From assembly GCA_038897215.1 (NCBI GenBank), contig JAWAWX010000001.1:512001-576000 (forward strand): 64,000 nt of DNA, read 5' to 3'. Positions 54,891 to 63,752 of the stretch are shown here, piece by piece (position 1 is the stretch's first letter; each line of letters starts with the position of its first letter). This DNA is from Acidilobaceae archaeon. Its GTDB lineage: Archaea; Thermoproteota; Thermoprotei_A; Sulfolobales; Acidilobaceae. A model generated the notes under the pieces. It saw only the letters and a list, made by a program, of their open reading frames with translations, was not told the origin of the DNA and made no database searches. The position numbers and the translations under genes were made by a program.

Positions 54891-55451
54891 CTACGTGCAC
54901 GCTATGGCAGACATTCTCAAACACGTGGATAGATTGGAGCTAGTGATCTCGAGTTCTCTAGCTAACTCTGGTAGAATAGTCTTGAAGAGGTGCAGGTTTT
55001 CTAGCAAAGAGTCTCTCATAGCTAGATCTACTTCTACCTTTCTCGATTCGCTGTACGCTACTAGCTTGACTCTACTACCCTCAAGCTCTAGAGCGTAGGC
55101 TCTCGTAGCTACTCTGATAGAGTTCTCTTTAAGAGCGATTACTAGAGGCCTGTCTGTAGACCTGAAGACCGTGAACTCTCCCGGTCTCTCTGCAACCCTA
55201 TAGTTATAACATCCGGTACTGCAGAGCTTCTCGGCCCCTACGCTAATACAGGAGCCTTTCCCTCTAACTGAGCATGAAGACTTCCCAGCGATGTCTCCCA
55301 CTAATTTCACTAACCTCATGAGCTCCGATAGAAGGGAGATCGTTACTAGAGCCTGAGATCCCTTCCTGGGAGTCTTGGAGATCAGAGACTCTAGTAGCTC
55401 CCGCTCTCTGGAAATGACGCTATACTCCATAGCTTTAACCCACCCACACAT
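54891..55451 (-). CDS. Hypothetical protein
   Basis: 186-aa ORF, co-oriented with its neighbours. Confidence 0.7.
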   Translation of the reverse strand: MCGWVKAMEYSVISRERELLESLISKTPRKGSQALVTISLLSELMRLVKLVGDIAGKSSCSVRGKGSCISVGAEKLCSTGCYNYRVAERPGEFTVFRSTDRPLVIALKENSIRVATRAYALELEGSRVKLVAYSESRKVEVDLAMRDSLLENLHLFKTILPELARELEITSSNLSTCLRMSAIACT

Positions 55452-55486
55452 AAGCTAGAGCATTTATTTTTGTATACCTCCCCTAG

Positions 55487-55808
55487 CTAAGTTCTACTCT
55501 CATACATCTCGCTGACTCTCCTGAGTCTCTCTAACTCGAGCTCTCTCTTCTTTCGCCGCCTAGAGCCTATAGAGCAGGCTTTACAGACTCTACGCACGCT
55601 ATCTACTTGCACCGAGCACTCAGAGCAAACCAGGCTCCCGCAGGAGATACAGGAAGCTACTGAGAGTCTTTCACCACATACTCTGCAAAGAGCTGCAGAG
55701 CACACAGAGCACACTTCGAGACTTGTAATGTGTCTTCTGCAAACTCTTCTACCACACTTAGCGCAGACGCTTTCCGCCTCGCGGTCACAGAAAGTGGCAA
55801 GAATGCAT
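55487..55808 (-). CDS. Cys-rich multi-zinc-finger protein with apparent +1 frameshift at codon 6
   Basis: Multiple CxxC motifs. ATG at 55808 gives MHSCHF, and the +1 frame continues CDREAESVCAKCGRRVCRRH... Confidence 0.7.
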
Positions 55809-55813
55809 ATGGG

Positions 55814-56401
55814 TCAGCCTAGTTCCAAGCTCTCAGCTAGAGGCTTCTCAGCTCTCGCCAGCCTCCCCGTCTGCTCTCTCTCTACTAGCTCGCATGTAAT
55901 CTCGAGGTCGCTCTCTGAAGTTCTGAGAATACAGTGAGCTCTGGAGATTGAAATCACGCCTACTAGAGGAGATAGTATGAAGTTAGCTGAAACCTCGTTT
56001 TCAGCAGTAATCCTAACCCTCTGAGTCTTGATCTTCCTGAATCCTGGGATCTTGACTATGACTGAATCAGTCTCTATGTCTGACTCGAGCTTGACCGTCA
56101 CTATATCTCCTCTCATTTCTATTAACTCGTTCTGCTTGATACTCATTCGAGCCCCCTGAGAGTCGACCTCGAACTTGTAGTCCGGCACGTAGATCTTCAA
56201 GACGTCCTCCATAGTGGAGTCGATACGCGACTCTACGGGAACTAAGGTCTCCATTCTTAGCTTTAATGGAGTCATTTCAATCAATATGGTCGACGCGCCA
56301 ACAATAAACACGTGGCTAGTCTCGTAGACTCTCCCCCCTACTCTCACTCTACTGCCATCGACAACCACACTAATGTATCTATCTGAGTGAAGCATCGTCA
56401 T
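55814..56401 (-). CDS. Hypothetical beta-rich protein
   Basis: 195-aa ORF, first gene of a tightly packed run. Confidence 0.7.
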   Translation of the reverse strand: MTMLHSDRYISVVVDGSRVRVGGRVYETSHVFIVGASTILIEMTPLKLRMETLVPVESRIDSTMEDVLKIYVPDYKFEVDSQGARMSIKQNELIEMRGDIVTVKLESDIETDSVIVKIPGFRKIKTQRVRITAENEVSANFILSPLVGVISISRAHCILRTSESDLEITCELVEREQTGRLARAEKPLAESLELG

Positions 56402-56547
56402 CTAATAAGCACCATCTCCCTCTGAGCAGTTCTCTATCCAAAGCTAATTACAGTTATGCATAGCTTTAACATTATTAAGCTTTTAGCGTCATCACATCCC
56501 AAGACCTGCTATTCGCAACGACATACTATCCGCTCTATATGTCTTCC

Positions 56548-56991
56548 TCATTTAGGAATACGGTGTCTATATCCTACCCCGCTACCTCTAAGCTTATCTC
56601 TTCTAGACTTAAACCCGACCCCGGGTCCCGACTTCTTCTTAGTACTAGTAGGTCTTCTTTCGGGAATCTCTTCAGCTATGGGGAATCCCGCCTCTTCGAG
56701 TTTCTTTACTGAGCTAGAGCTACCCGCATTGACCTGAAGCTCTCCTCTATAGCTCGTAATCCAGCAATTCGTTATCTCAACTACCTCTCCTTTTCTCAAA
56801 CTACCCGCAAGCCTTCCCCAAAGCGTGAGCTTAACCCTACCGGTCTCATCGCCAACCACGGCTTCGCTTAAAGTTCTAAGACCTCTTCTTGTCTCGACAA
56901 CTTTCTTCTCCCACACCTCTAAGACACGAACTCTGAGAGTGACGCCTTCAAGCCCTTCTTTCAAATCACAAATCTTAAACACAACACTCAT
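56548..56991 (-). CDS. ssb: Crenarchaeal single-stranded DNA-binding protein (single OB fold)
   Basis: KICDLK, VTLRVRVLE, EAVVGDETGRVKLTLWG, GEVVEITN, YRGELQVNAG. Confidence 0.93.
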   Translation of the reverse strand: MSVVFKICDLKEGLEGVTLRVRVLEVWEKKVVETRRGLRTLSEAVVGDETGRVKLTLWGRLAGSLRKGEVVEITNCWITSYRGELQVNAGSSSSVKKLEEAGFPIAEEIPERRPTSTKKKSGPGVGFKSRRDKLRGSGVGYRHRIPK

Positions 56992-57474
56992 ATATTACGC
57001 ACTCTCATACACGCAATCTCTCCACTTGAGGCCTAGGTTTAAAAAAGAACATGAAGTCTTGTCTCCACCCATTCCTCGACAGACGGTTCTTCGTAGCTCT
57101 TCATACTCTCAGCTACTGTCTTCTAGCAGTCTCTTCTCGAGGCAACAACAGTACTTCCCGGCTTCACCATAAGGAACTCTACAACTCTCCTCTCTCACGA
57201 GCTATGATTAGATGAACGTGTAACGTCACTACATACCATAGTACTAAGAACATAGAAGCGATATCGTAGACTATTGAGAACAAGGATAGAACCCTCTACT
57301 GTTAATAATGGCTCTAGCGTTCTCAAAGCCTGAAACAGAAGGAAACCGTATCGTGTAGTGAGCGCTCTTGAGACTCAGGAGTTAGAAGTGAGGAGGCATA
57401 GAGACAACCCTACTTGACTCGAGCCGAGCGTCTAGCGCTACTGTAGCAGAGACTTTTCCCCATGGAACGTTGCT

Positions 57475-57759
57475 TTATGTTGGCTCTGTGGTACGTCCTT
57501 CGATGTGATACTTCAACACATTCAATATAGTGTTTGCTAAGTGCTGCGGCTTTGTGTACCACTTATCATAAGAGTATTTTTTGCCTTGGAAGCTTATCTC
57601 TACAAAGTCTTTAACGTCCCTGATGCTCATGAAGGGCTTTCCTCCTCTGTTGAGTTCGAATGTGTCTTTGTCTTTTCGTAGTAGCTTTATCTCATATTTT
57701 TCTAGCTCGGGTTTGATTGCATCAAATACCTGTGTTAGATAGTCGCTCAACTCCATCAC
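57475..57759 (-). CDS. Hypothetical protein
   Basis: 94-aa ORF with GGGGTG RBS and an upstream TTTATA box. Confidence 0.7.
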   Translation of the reverse strand: MMELSDYLTQVFDAIKPELEKYEIKLLRKDKDTFELNRGGKPFMSIRDVKDFVEISFQGKKYSYDKWYTKPQHLANTILNVLKYHIEGRTTEPT

Positions 57760-58056
57760 CCCGGAGCTATGCTTTGTTAGCTTACAGAGATATAAATCTT
57801 CATGAGGCTATCGAGACTTTGAGGTTAGGCTTTAGCTTCTACAAGGCACAATCCTGCAGTCACATAACGAGGCTCTAGAGTTTTAGCTTAGCGTGAGAGC
57901 GCGAGAGTCTCCTCTCATTAACTAAGCTAAGAGCTACGGGTGAAGCTTGCTGTTTCTGGCGAGAGCTAGAGGGATGAGTCTCTCCTAGTTATGCGCTTCG
58001 AGCTACAGATTAGTATAAAAGCTGAGCTTCATATCCGAGAGAGGGGCTCGAAGAGC

Positions 58057-58653
58057 ATGAGTGAGGAGAGAGGGCTGAGTTTTGAGCCTAGTGAGCCGTT
58101 GCTTTTCGGCAAGTGGAGCTTCGTGGGAGTCGAGATCAGAGACCCGAGCTTAAAGAAGTATATCTGCCTTAAGCCTGTCTACCTTCCTCATAGTGGAGGA
58201 AGACATGAGCATAGAAGGTTCGGTAAAGCCAATGTCAGTATAGTAGAGCGATTGATTAACAAGCTCATGTATCCTGGTAAAAATGGAGGCAAGAAGCACC
58301 TGGCCTATAACATAGTGAAGACTGCTTTCGATATAATACATTACGAGACTCGAGAGAACCCCCTCCAAGTCTTGGTGAGAGCTATCGAGAACTCTGCTCC
58401 TCGAGAAGAGACCACGAGGATAATGTATGGAGGTATAACATACCACGTCTCAGTAGACGTGTCGCCCCAAAGACGAGTAGACTTAGCACTTAGATTCATA
58501 AGCGAGGGAGCTAGACTCTGTGCTTTCAGAAACCCTAAGCCGATAGAAGAGTGCTTAGCTGAAGAGATCATAAAGGCTTCGAGAAACTCTCCAGAGAGCT
58601 ATGCTGTTAGACAGAGGGAGGAGATAGAAAGGATAGCTCTCAGCTCGAGATAA
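58057..58653 (+). CDS. rps7: 30S ribosomal protein S7 (uS7)
   Basis: [57 protein letters not shown]; ATG at 58057. Confidence 0.98.
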   Translation: MSEERGLSFEPSEPLLFGKWSFVGVEIRDPSLKKYICLKPVYLPHSGGRHEHRRFGKANVSIVERLINKLMYPGKNGGKKHLAYNIVKTAFDIIHYETRENPLQVLVRAIENSAPREETTRIMYGGITYHVSVDVSPQRRVDLALRFISEGARLCAFRNPKPIEECLAEEIIKASRNSPESYAVRQREEIERIALSSR

Positions 58654-58905
58654 CACGGCTATGCTCGAACACAGCAAGGAGAGAAGAGGCTCGCTTACTT
58701 CATGACAGACTTCTAGCAACAACTTGCATCTCTAGCGTAAGTTCTTGCCGACTCTCATCGATAGTCTCAGTTTTAAACTACGAGAAGAAAGCGAGACCGA
58801 TCTTTCTGCTAGACTCTACGAGATGCACGAGTCTAAATTGGAGAAAGCTATAGGGACGTTGTCTCGAGACAACCATGCTCACTATTCTCTAAGATAGAGG
58901 TTATA

Positions 58906-60102
58906 TTGTGGAAAGTTCTAGAGGAGGAGGATAAACTAGAATATTCTCACTCGCGTGAAGATATAAGTGGTAATGCGTGCTGGGAAGATATGGAAGGGAG
59001 TTCGCCTGTGCCTCGGAGACCTCTCGTAGTGGTAGTCGACATAGACGATGATATCTTTGAAGTGACGGGGTCTAGTGTTATAGCTGGGTCTGAGAACGTT
59101 CTCTCGGCTGCTCTCGCCTACGCTAGAGCTAGACCCGAAGATGCAGACCTTAACGCTATATTCTACGGTCTCAGCCTCTATTGGCGATTCCGGGAGAGAA
59201 AGCTTGACCCAGAGATAGCCATAGTTGGAGGGCATAGAAGCGACGAGGTTGAAGCACAGCTGAGACTCAAGGAGAGAGTGAAGAAGCTAGTCGAGGAGCT
59301 GGGTGGTAACGTAGAACTCTACATAGTTGGAGACGGGCTAGACGAGGTTATGATAGGAGAGATTCTGAGCGATATAGCGCCAATAGCTGTGTCTAAGAGA
59401 ATAGTGGTCGAGCAACACCCGGGAATAGAGACTAGCTACGTTCTATTATCGAGGTACATCAGGAAAGCTGTCGAAGACCCTAGACTTGCTAGATACTCTC
59501 TCGGCATACCCGGCGTTCTACTCGCTCTACTAGGGGTTCTCGCCATCTTCGATATGCTAGACCTAGCGATAAAGATATCTCTAACGATATTAGGGATAGC
59601 CATGATAGTCAAAGGATTTAATCTAGAGGACTACGCTACACTACTCCTAACTAGAGCCTTGAATTACGTTAGAGAACCTCCCTACGTTAGGCTAGCAGCG
59701 TTGATAATATTTGTGGCGCTCGTGAGCGTGAGCATATACGTTCCTCTTGATGCTTCGAGGAGAGAAGGGACTACAGCTGCTCTCCTAGCTCTCCTAGGCT
59801 TCTCAGCTCCCCTAACCTTCATAGGACTCTCTTTAGCTTTACTCATAGGGAACGTTCTCCGCGAGATTCTGCATGGAGAATTCAGGTCGATAGACTCTCT
59901 AGTCCTCTCCGTAACTCTACTACTGATAGCCATAGGGTTCTATAGCCTAGGCTCAACGCTCGAGGAGTTCGTAGCAGTAACGGGAGACCTTAGCTCTGAC
60001 ATCTTGATAAAAGCTATAGTAGAGAGCAAGTTCATCATATTCTTAGCCCTAGGAGGACTCACTGCCGGCGTTCTTGAAGTAGTGTTGAGGAAGCTGGTTT
60101 AG
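58906..60102 (+). CDS. DUF373 family membrane protein (start probably near 58990)
   Basis: VVDIDDD, PEDADLNA, DGLDE, IVVEQH..IETSY, LGIPG, KGFNLE; C-terminal TM helices. Confidence 0.85.
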   Translation: MWKVLEEEDKLEYSHSREDISGNACWEDMEGSSPVPRRPLVVVVDIDDDIFEVTGSSVIAGSENVLSAALAYARARPEDADLNAIFYGLSLYWRFRERKLDPEIAIVGGHRSDEVEAQLRLKERVKKLVEELGGNVELYIVGDGLDEVMIGEILSDIAPIAVSKRIVVEQHPGIETSYVLLSRYIRKAVEDPRLARYSLGIPGVLLALLGVLAIFDMLDLAIKISLTILGIAMIVKGFNLEDYATLLLTRALNYVREPPYVRLAALIIFVALVSVSIYVPLDASRREGTTAALLALLGFSAPLTFIGLSLALLIGNVLREILHGEFRSIDSLVLSVTLLLIAIGFYSLGSTLEEFVAVTGDLSSDILIKAIVESKFIIFLALGGLTAGVLEVVLRKLV

Positions 60103-60482
60103 TTTGCTCAGCATCTTTGCTCGAGTTCTAGCCAACAAGCAAACTTCAAGACTTCTAGAATATCAAATCCATGTAGGAAGCCAGGAACACTAATCAGAGG
60201 TTTTAAGAACTGTCTCCCGTTCTGGGTCTCTCCGAGTTGGCCTAGAGCGGGTCATTGCATCTTTCTCAAGTTCTCTTTCCGCTGTCTTCTATGAGTCTCG
60301 CGAACTCGAGGTGCCTCGTAGACTTTACGAGGTCGGCAAGCGCGTACGCCTGATCGTAGCGAGAAGTCTAGGAAGCAGGAGAGAACCTCGATAAACCTTA
60401 ATCCACAGAATAGCTAACCGGTTCTTCCTCGCTCTCGGGTTATCTGATATAAGGCGGGCTAGTTCGCTAGCCGTGAGAGGGA

Positions 60483-61091
60483 GTGGGTTTGAGTTTAAGA
60501 CATGTAGGTATAATACCTGACGGTAATCGCCGATGGGCTAAACGCCATGGTACGAGTCTTCGAGAGGCGTATTTGAGAGGATTGCAAGTCTTCGAGATGA
60601 TAGCTCTAAGTCTGTTCGAGCGGGGCATCCCATTGCTTACTGTATACGCTCTTAGCTATGAGAACTGCATATATCGCGATAGGAGAGAGTTAGAGGTATT
60701 GGAGAACGTGCTAGAGCTCGGTCTCGATATCCTCAAGAGCTGGGTTGAGAAAAACATCGTAGCTGTTAGATTCTATGGCGAGAAGAATCTACTATCTGAG
60801 AAGCTGAGAAGCAGGGTAGAAGAGCTACTCGACTCTTCTTGGTCATCTTTTAGGCTAAACGTAGGTCTTTGCTATAAGCATGGAGTGGACCAGAACAACG
60901 TAAGTCAACTACACCCAATAGATTTGATAATAAGAACAGGAGGCTATTCTAGGTTAAGCGGCTTCTTTCCTAGTCTATCTAGTTATGCTGAGATATACGT
61001 GACTGAGAAGCTCTGGCCTGATTTTACTGAGGGAGACTTAGAGGAGGCGATTACATGGTTTATGAGGCAGAGGAGAAATTTTGGTAAGTAG
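60483..61091 (+). CDS. uppS: cis-Prenyltransferase (undecaprenyl diphosphate synthase family)
   Basis: HVGIIPDGNRRWA, YALSYEN, IDLIIRTGG..RLSGF, LWPDF, RRNFGK. Confidence 0.9.
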   Translation: MGLSLRHVGIIPDGNRRWAKRHGTSLREAYLRGLQVFEMIALSLFERGIPLLTVYALSYENCIYRDRRELEVLENVLELGLDILKSWVEKNIVAVRFYGEKNLLSEKLRSRVEELLDSSWSSFRLNVGLCYKHGVDQNNVSQLHPIDLIIRTGGYSRLSGFFPSLSSYAEIYVTEKLWPDFTEGDLEEAITWFMRQRRNFGK

Positions 61092-61438
61092 AACCTGCGG
61101 AGAGGCGCATTTCGCAAATCCTACGCGAGATACCCCCGATGATTAACGTAGAGCACTCGCTTACGATGCTCTAAGCATCGTTCTACTCAACTCGCGTAGA
61201 CTTAGGTGTTGGCGTGAACTCGTGAGCGATAATCGAGTTCAAGAACGCAAAATACTCATCTATATTTAGCTTTAGAGAGCAAAGAATAGCAACCTATAGC
61301 TTCGAGACATCTCCTGAACAATATCGCTGAGTCTTGCGACTACTTTGCGGGAACAGCGGGAAAGGAGGATAGTTTCATGACATTTCCTTGAGAACACAGT
61401 CTCCTCGAGAGACGCTCATTAGAAGTAGTCAATAGCCT

Positions 61439-61452
61439 TTAACCTTTTAAGC
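61439..61452 (+). promoter_or_regulatory. BRE/TATA promoter of the tRNA-Gln 5' half
   Basis: TTAACCTTTTAAGC, ending about 26 nt before tRNA position 1 (61478). Confidence 0.65.
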
Positions 61453-61477
61453 ACTCTTCAAGTAGTATCGAGATGGT

Positions 61478-61534
61478 AGCCGGGTCGTCTAGCGGCCCAG
61501 GATGCGGGGCTTTGGAGCCGGCCCCGCGCCCCGC
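61478..61534 (+). tRNA. 5' half of split tRNA-Gln(TTG) (exon 61478-61515, trailer 61516-61534)
   Basis: AGCCGGG-TC-GTCT-AGCGGCCCA-GGAT-G-CGGGG-CT-TTG-G, then a GC-rich trailer in place of a T arm. The acceptor and anticodon strands pair exactly with the exon at 53374-53411. Confidence 0.93.
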
Positions 61535-61537
61535 TCT

Positions 61538-61768
61538 CTAGGTCTTCTTGTAGAGTCTCCTAGCTATGATGAAGTAGATAAGCAGATAGGAGAGAACAGG
61601 AGAAACCATCACTAGAGCCAGCCCGAGTATGGCGATAGCCAAAGAGTCTATTTTGCTAGCTATGATTGCTAGAAGAGTTCCCATCATAGCTATAGATAGA
61701 GTCATTGATACTTTTAGCAGTACAATCGCTAAGAACAACGGATCCCTTCGCTTTCCCCGCTTCTGCAA
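61538..61768 (-). CDS. Small hypothetical membrane protein (start uncertain)
   Basis: Two hydrophobic helices and a basic C-terminus; overlaps the end of the CinA-like gene. Confidence 0.45.
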   Translation of the reverse strand: MQKRGKRRDPLFLAIVLLKVSMTLSIAMMGTLLAIIASKIDSLAIAILGLALVMVSPVLSYLLIYFIIARRLYKKT

Positions 61769-62522
61769 CTACCGTCTCCACGGCTTTCCTAGCTACCTCT
61801 AGGTATTTCTCTACTTCTGTGGGATCGCATACTGTTGAGAGCTCTACTACGACTGAGGGCTCGGCGTACTCTAGACCTCGAGGATATGATTTGATGAAAA
61901 ATAATCCCTTTAGAGATTCTCTTAGTTCTAAGAGAGATTGAGCGATGTCTGCTTCGAGGACATCTCTAATCTCAATTCTGCACTCAACAATAGCTGAGGG
62001 CCTACCCGCTCGTGCTACGAGAAGTTGGACTAGCTTCTCAAAGATAGCTCTGACTTCTCCAGGCGGTCCTGGGAGAGCTATGACTAGTTTGTCTCCATGA
62101 GTTAATACGATTCCGGGAGCTGCCCCCACGGGGTTCTCCACGATCTGAGCGCCCTCAGGAGCCATCGCTAACTTGATTCTACTCTCTCTCAACTCTATGC
62201 CGTATTTCTTACAGTATCTCTCAACAAAACTGAGAGCGTCCGAGTGGAGTACTAGCTTCTTCCCCGTAGCTCTAGCTATAGCCTCTAGTGTGACATCGTC
62301 GGGCCCCAAGCCTAGCCCGCCAGTAGTGACTACGACCTCTGCTCGTGCTAGAGCTCTGCGAAGCTCTTCCTCAATATCATCTATTGAGTCGGGGACAGTG
62401 ACGACCCTCGAGACCGAGAATCCCAGCTTTGTGAGTCTATCGGCGAGCCAGGCGGCGTTAGTGTTTACTACTCGCCCTCTCAGAAGCTCTGTCCCCACTG
62501 ATATTATCCAAGCTTCTCTCAA
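61656..62522 (-). CDS. CinA-like molybdopterin-binding domain protein
   Basis: SVGTELLRGRVVNTNA, VTTGGLG..PDDVT, NPVGAAPG, LPGPPGE. Confidence 0.88.
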   Translation of the reverse strand: MREAWIISVGTELLRGRVVNTNAAWLADRLTKLGFSVSRVVTVPDSIDDIEEELRRALARAEVVVTTGGLGLGPDDVTLEAIARATGKKLVLHSDALSFVERYCKKYGIELRESRIKLAMAPEGAQIVENPVGAAPGIVLTHGDKLVIALPGPPGEVRAIFEKLVQLLVARAGRPSAIVECRIEIRDVLEADIAQSLLELRESLKGLFFIKSYPRGLEYAEPSVVVELSTVCDPTEVEKYLEVARKAVETVVAEAGKAKGSVVLSDCTAKSINDSIYSYDGNSSSNHS

Positions 62523-63685
62523 GCTCTTCCTCCTCTACTCTCGCTCAATACCTCCTCGTATACCCTGACTATCTGCTCAGACACTATGCTCCAGGAGTAC
62601 CTCTCTTCAGCCACCTCTCTAGCTCTCCTACCCATCTCTCTCCTCAACGCCTCGTCTTGAAGGAGAGTGACCACTGCTTCAGCTAGCTCTCTAGCAGAGC
62701 CTGGCGGCACGAGAAGCCCCGTCTTCCTCTCCTCAACTACCTCCTTAAGCCCTCCGACGCTTGTCGCGATTACAGGCCTCCCCGTTGCCATAGCCTCGAT
62801 CGCCGTTATTCCGAAGCACTCGTTGTAAAGACTTGGAACAACGACTATCTTCGCGCTCCTCAGAATCCTGATTTTCTCGCTCTCTGAAAGCCAGCCTACT
62901 AGCTTGACTCTATCGGAGACTTTGAGAATCCTAGAGAGAACGTTGGCTACGGTCTTCATGTAGCCCTCGCCGACTATCACTATCTCTAAGTCCTTTATCT
63001 CTCTCATTATTAAAGGCGCCGCATTGATAAGCACGTGGACACCCTTTCTGTGAACAAGCCTCCCGACAAAGACAATCCTGTTTTCTTCGGGCTCTCTCTC
63101 TGGCGGGCTATACTTCTCGGTGTCGACTCCATTAGGGATGACTACGTGCCTAAACCTAGCATCTCTCCCTACTAGGTTCTCGACGAATTTCCGCGCTTCT
63201 TGACTCACAGATATCACTGCCTGAGCATACCTCAAGTAGTACCTAGCTGGAGTCAGGTAAGACAGCGTGCTCCATATGCTCGAATCATAGAAGAAAAATA
63301 GCGTGTGATTAGTTATAACTCTAGACACTCCTAGGTCGTGAGCATACTTCAAAGACATGAGCGGCAATAATGTGAAAATATGGTGTGAGTGGATTAAGTC
63401 GAACTTTCCGCGGAGCAAGGTCTCCTTAATGCTGGAAACGTTAGGCGGGATTATCAGAGATTCTAGAGGTATAACCGAGTCTACTGTGAAGCTGGGAACA
63501 GATGGGAGAGTGTCGACATCTCTAAAGCCTATACGACGCGAGATTATAGAGACCTCTAAGCCACGCTTAGCTAGCCAGAGAGCCAGGTATCTGACGTGAC
63601 TCTGGACCCCTCCGGTACTCGATGGATGCCAGTCTATTACCAAACCTACCCTCAAGGCTATTCCCGGGAGAAACTGTGAGTGCAA
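62519..63685 (-). CDS. Glycosyltransferase family 4
   Basis: GGVQSHV, HSHH, IPNGVD, FVGRLVHRKG, ECFGITAIEAMATG, YSW. Confidence 0.92.
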   Translation of the reverse strand: MHSQFLPGIALRVGLVIDWHPSSTGGVQSHVRYLALWLAKRGLEVSIISRRIGFRDVDTLPSVPSFTVDSVIPLESLIIPPNVSSIKETLLRGKFDLIHSHHIFTLLPLMSLKYAHDLGVSRVITNHTLFFFYDSSIWSTLSYLTPARYYLRYAQAVISVSQEARKFVENLVGRDARFRHVVIPNGVDTEKYSPPEREPEENRIVFVGRLVHRKGVHVLINAAPLIMREIKDLEIVIVGEGYMKTVANVLSRILKVSDRVKLVGWLSESEKIRILRSAKIVVVPSLYNECFGITAIEAMATGRPVIATSVGGLKEVVEERKTGLLVPPGSARELAEAVVTLLQDEALRREMGRRAREVAEERYSWSIVSEQIVRVYEEVLSESRGGRA

Positions 63686-63752
63686 CGAGCTTAAATTACT
63701 GAGAAAGTATGTGAAAGTATGTAGAAAGCTCTGTCGTAGAAGAAAACAGTGT

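Noticed and set aside
56992-57474. Long intergenic gap (also 60103-60482) as a hidden RNA gene or mobile remnant
   Set aside because: I found no tRNA, SRP, RNase P, repeat array or terminal inverted repeat signature by eye.
53351-61534. tRNA fragments as attL/attR of an integrated element
   Set aside because: Integration leaves one intact tRNA plus a duplicated fragment. Here the halves do not overlap, carry complementary extensions, and flank housekeeping genes with no integrase.
53351-61534. Permuted tRNA made from one precursor
   Set aside because: The 3'-then-5' order fits, but the spacer is about 8 kb with genes on both strands and each half has its own TATA box.
61656-61768. Possible frameshift fusing the CinA-like gene to the small membrane ORF
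   Set aside because: The overlap is explained as well by a later start (MTLSIAMM), and no domain is visibly split.
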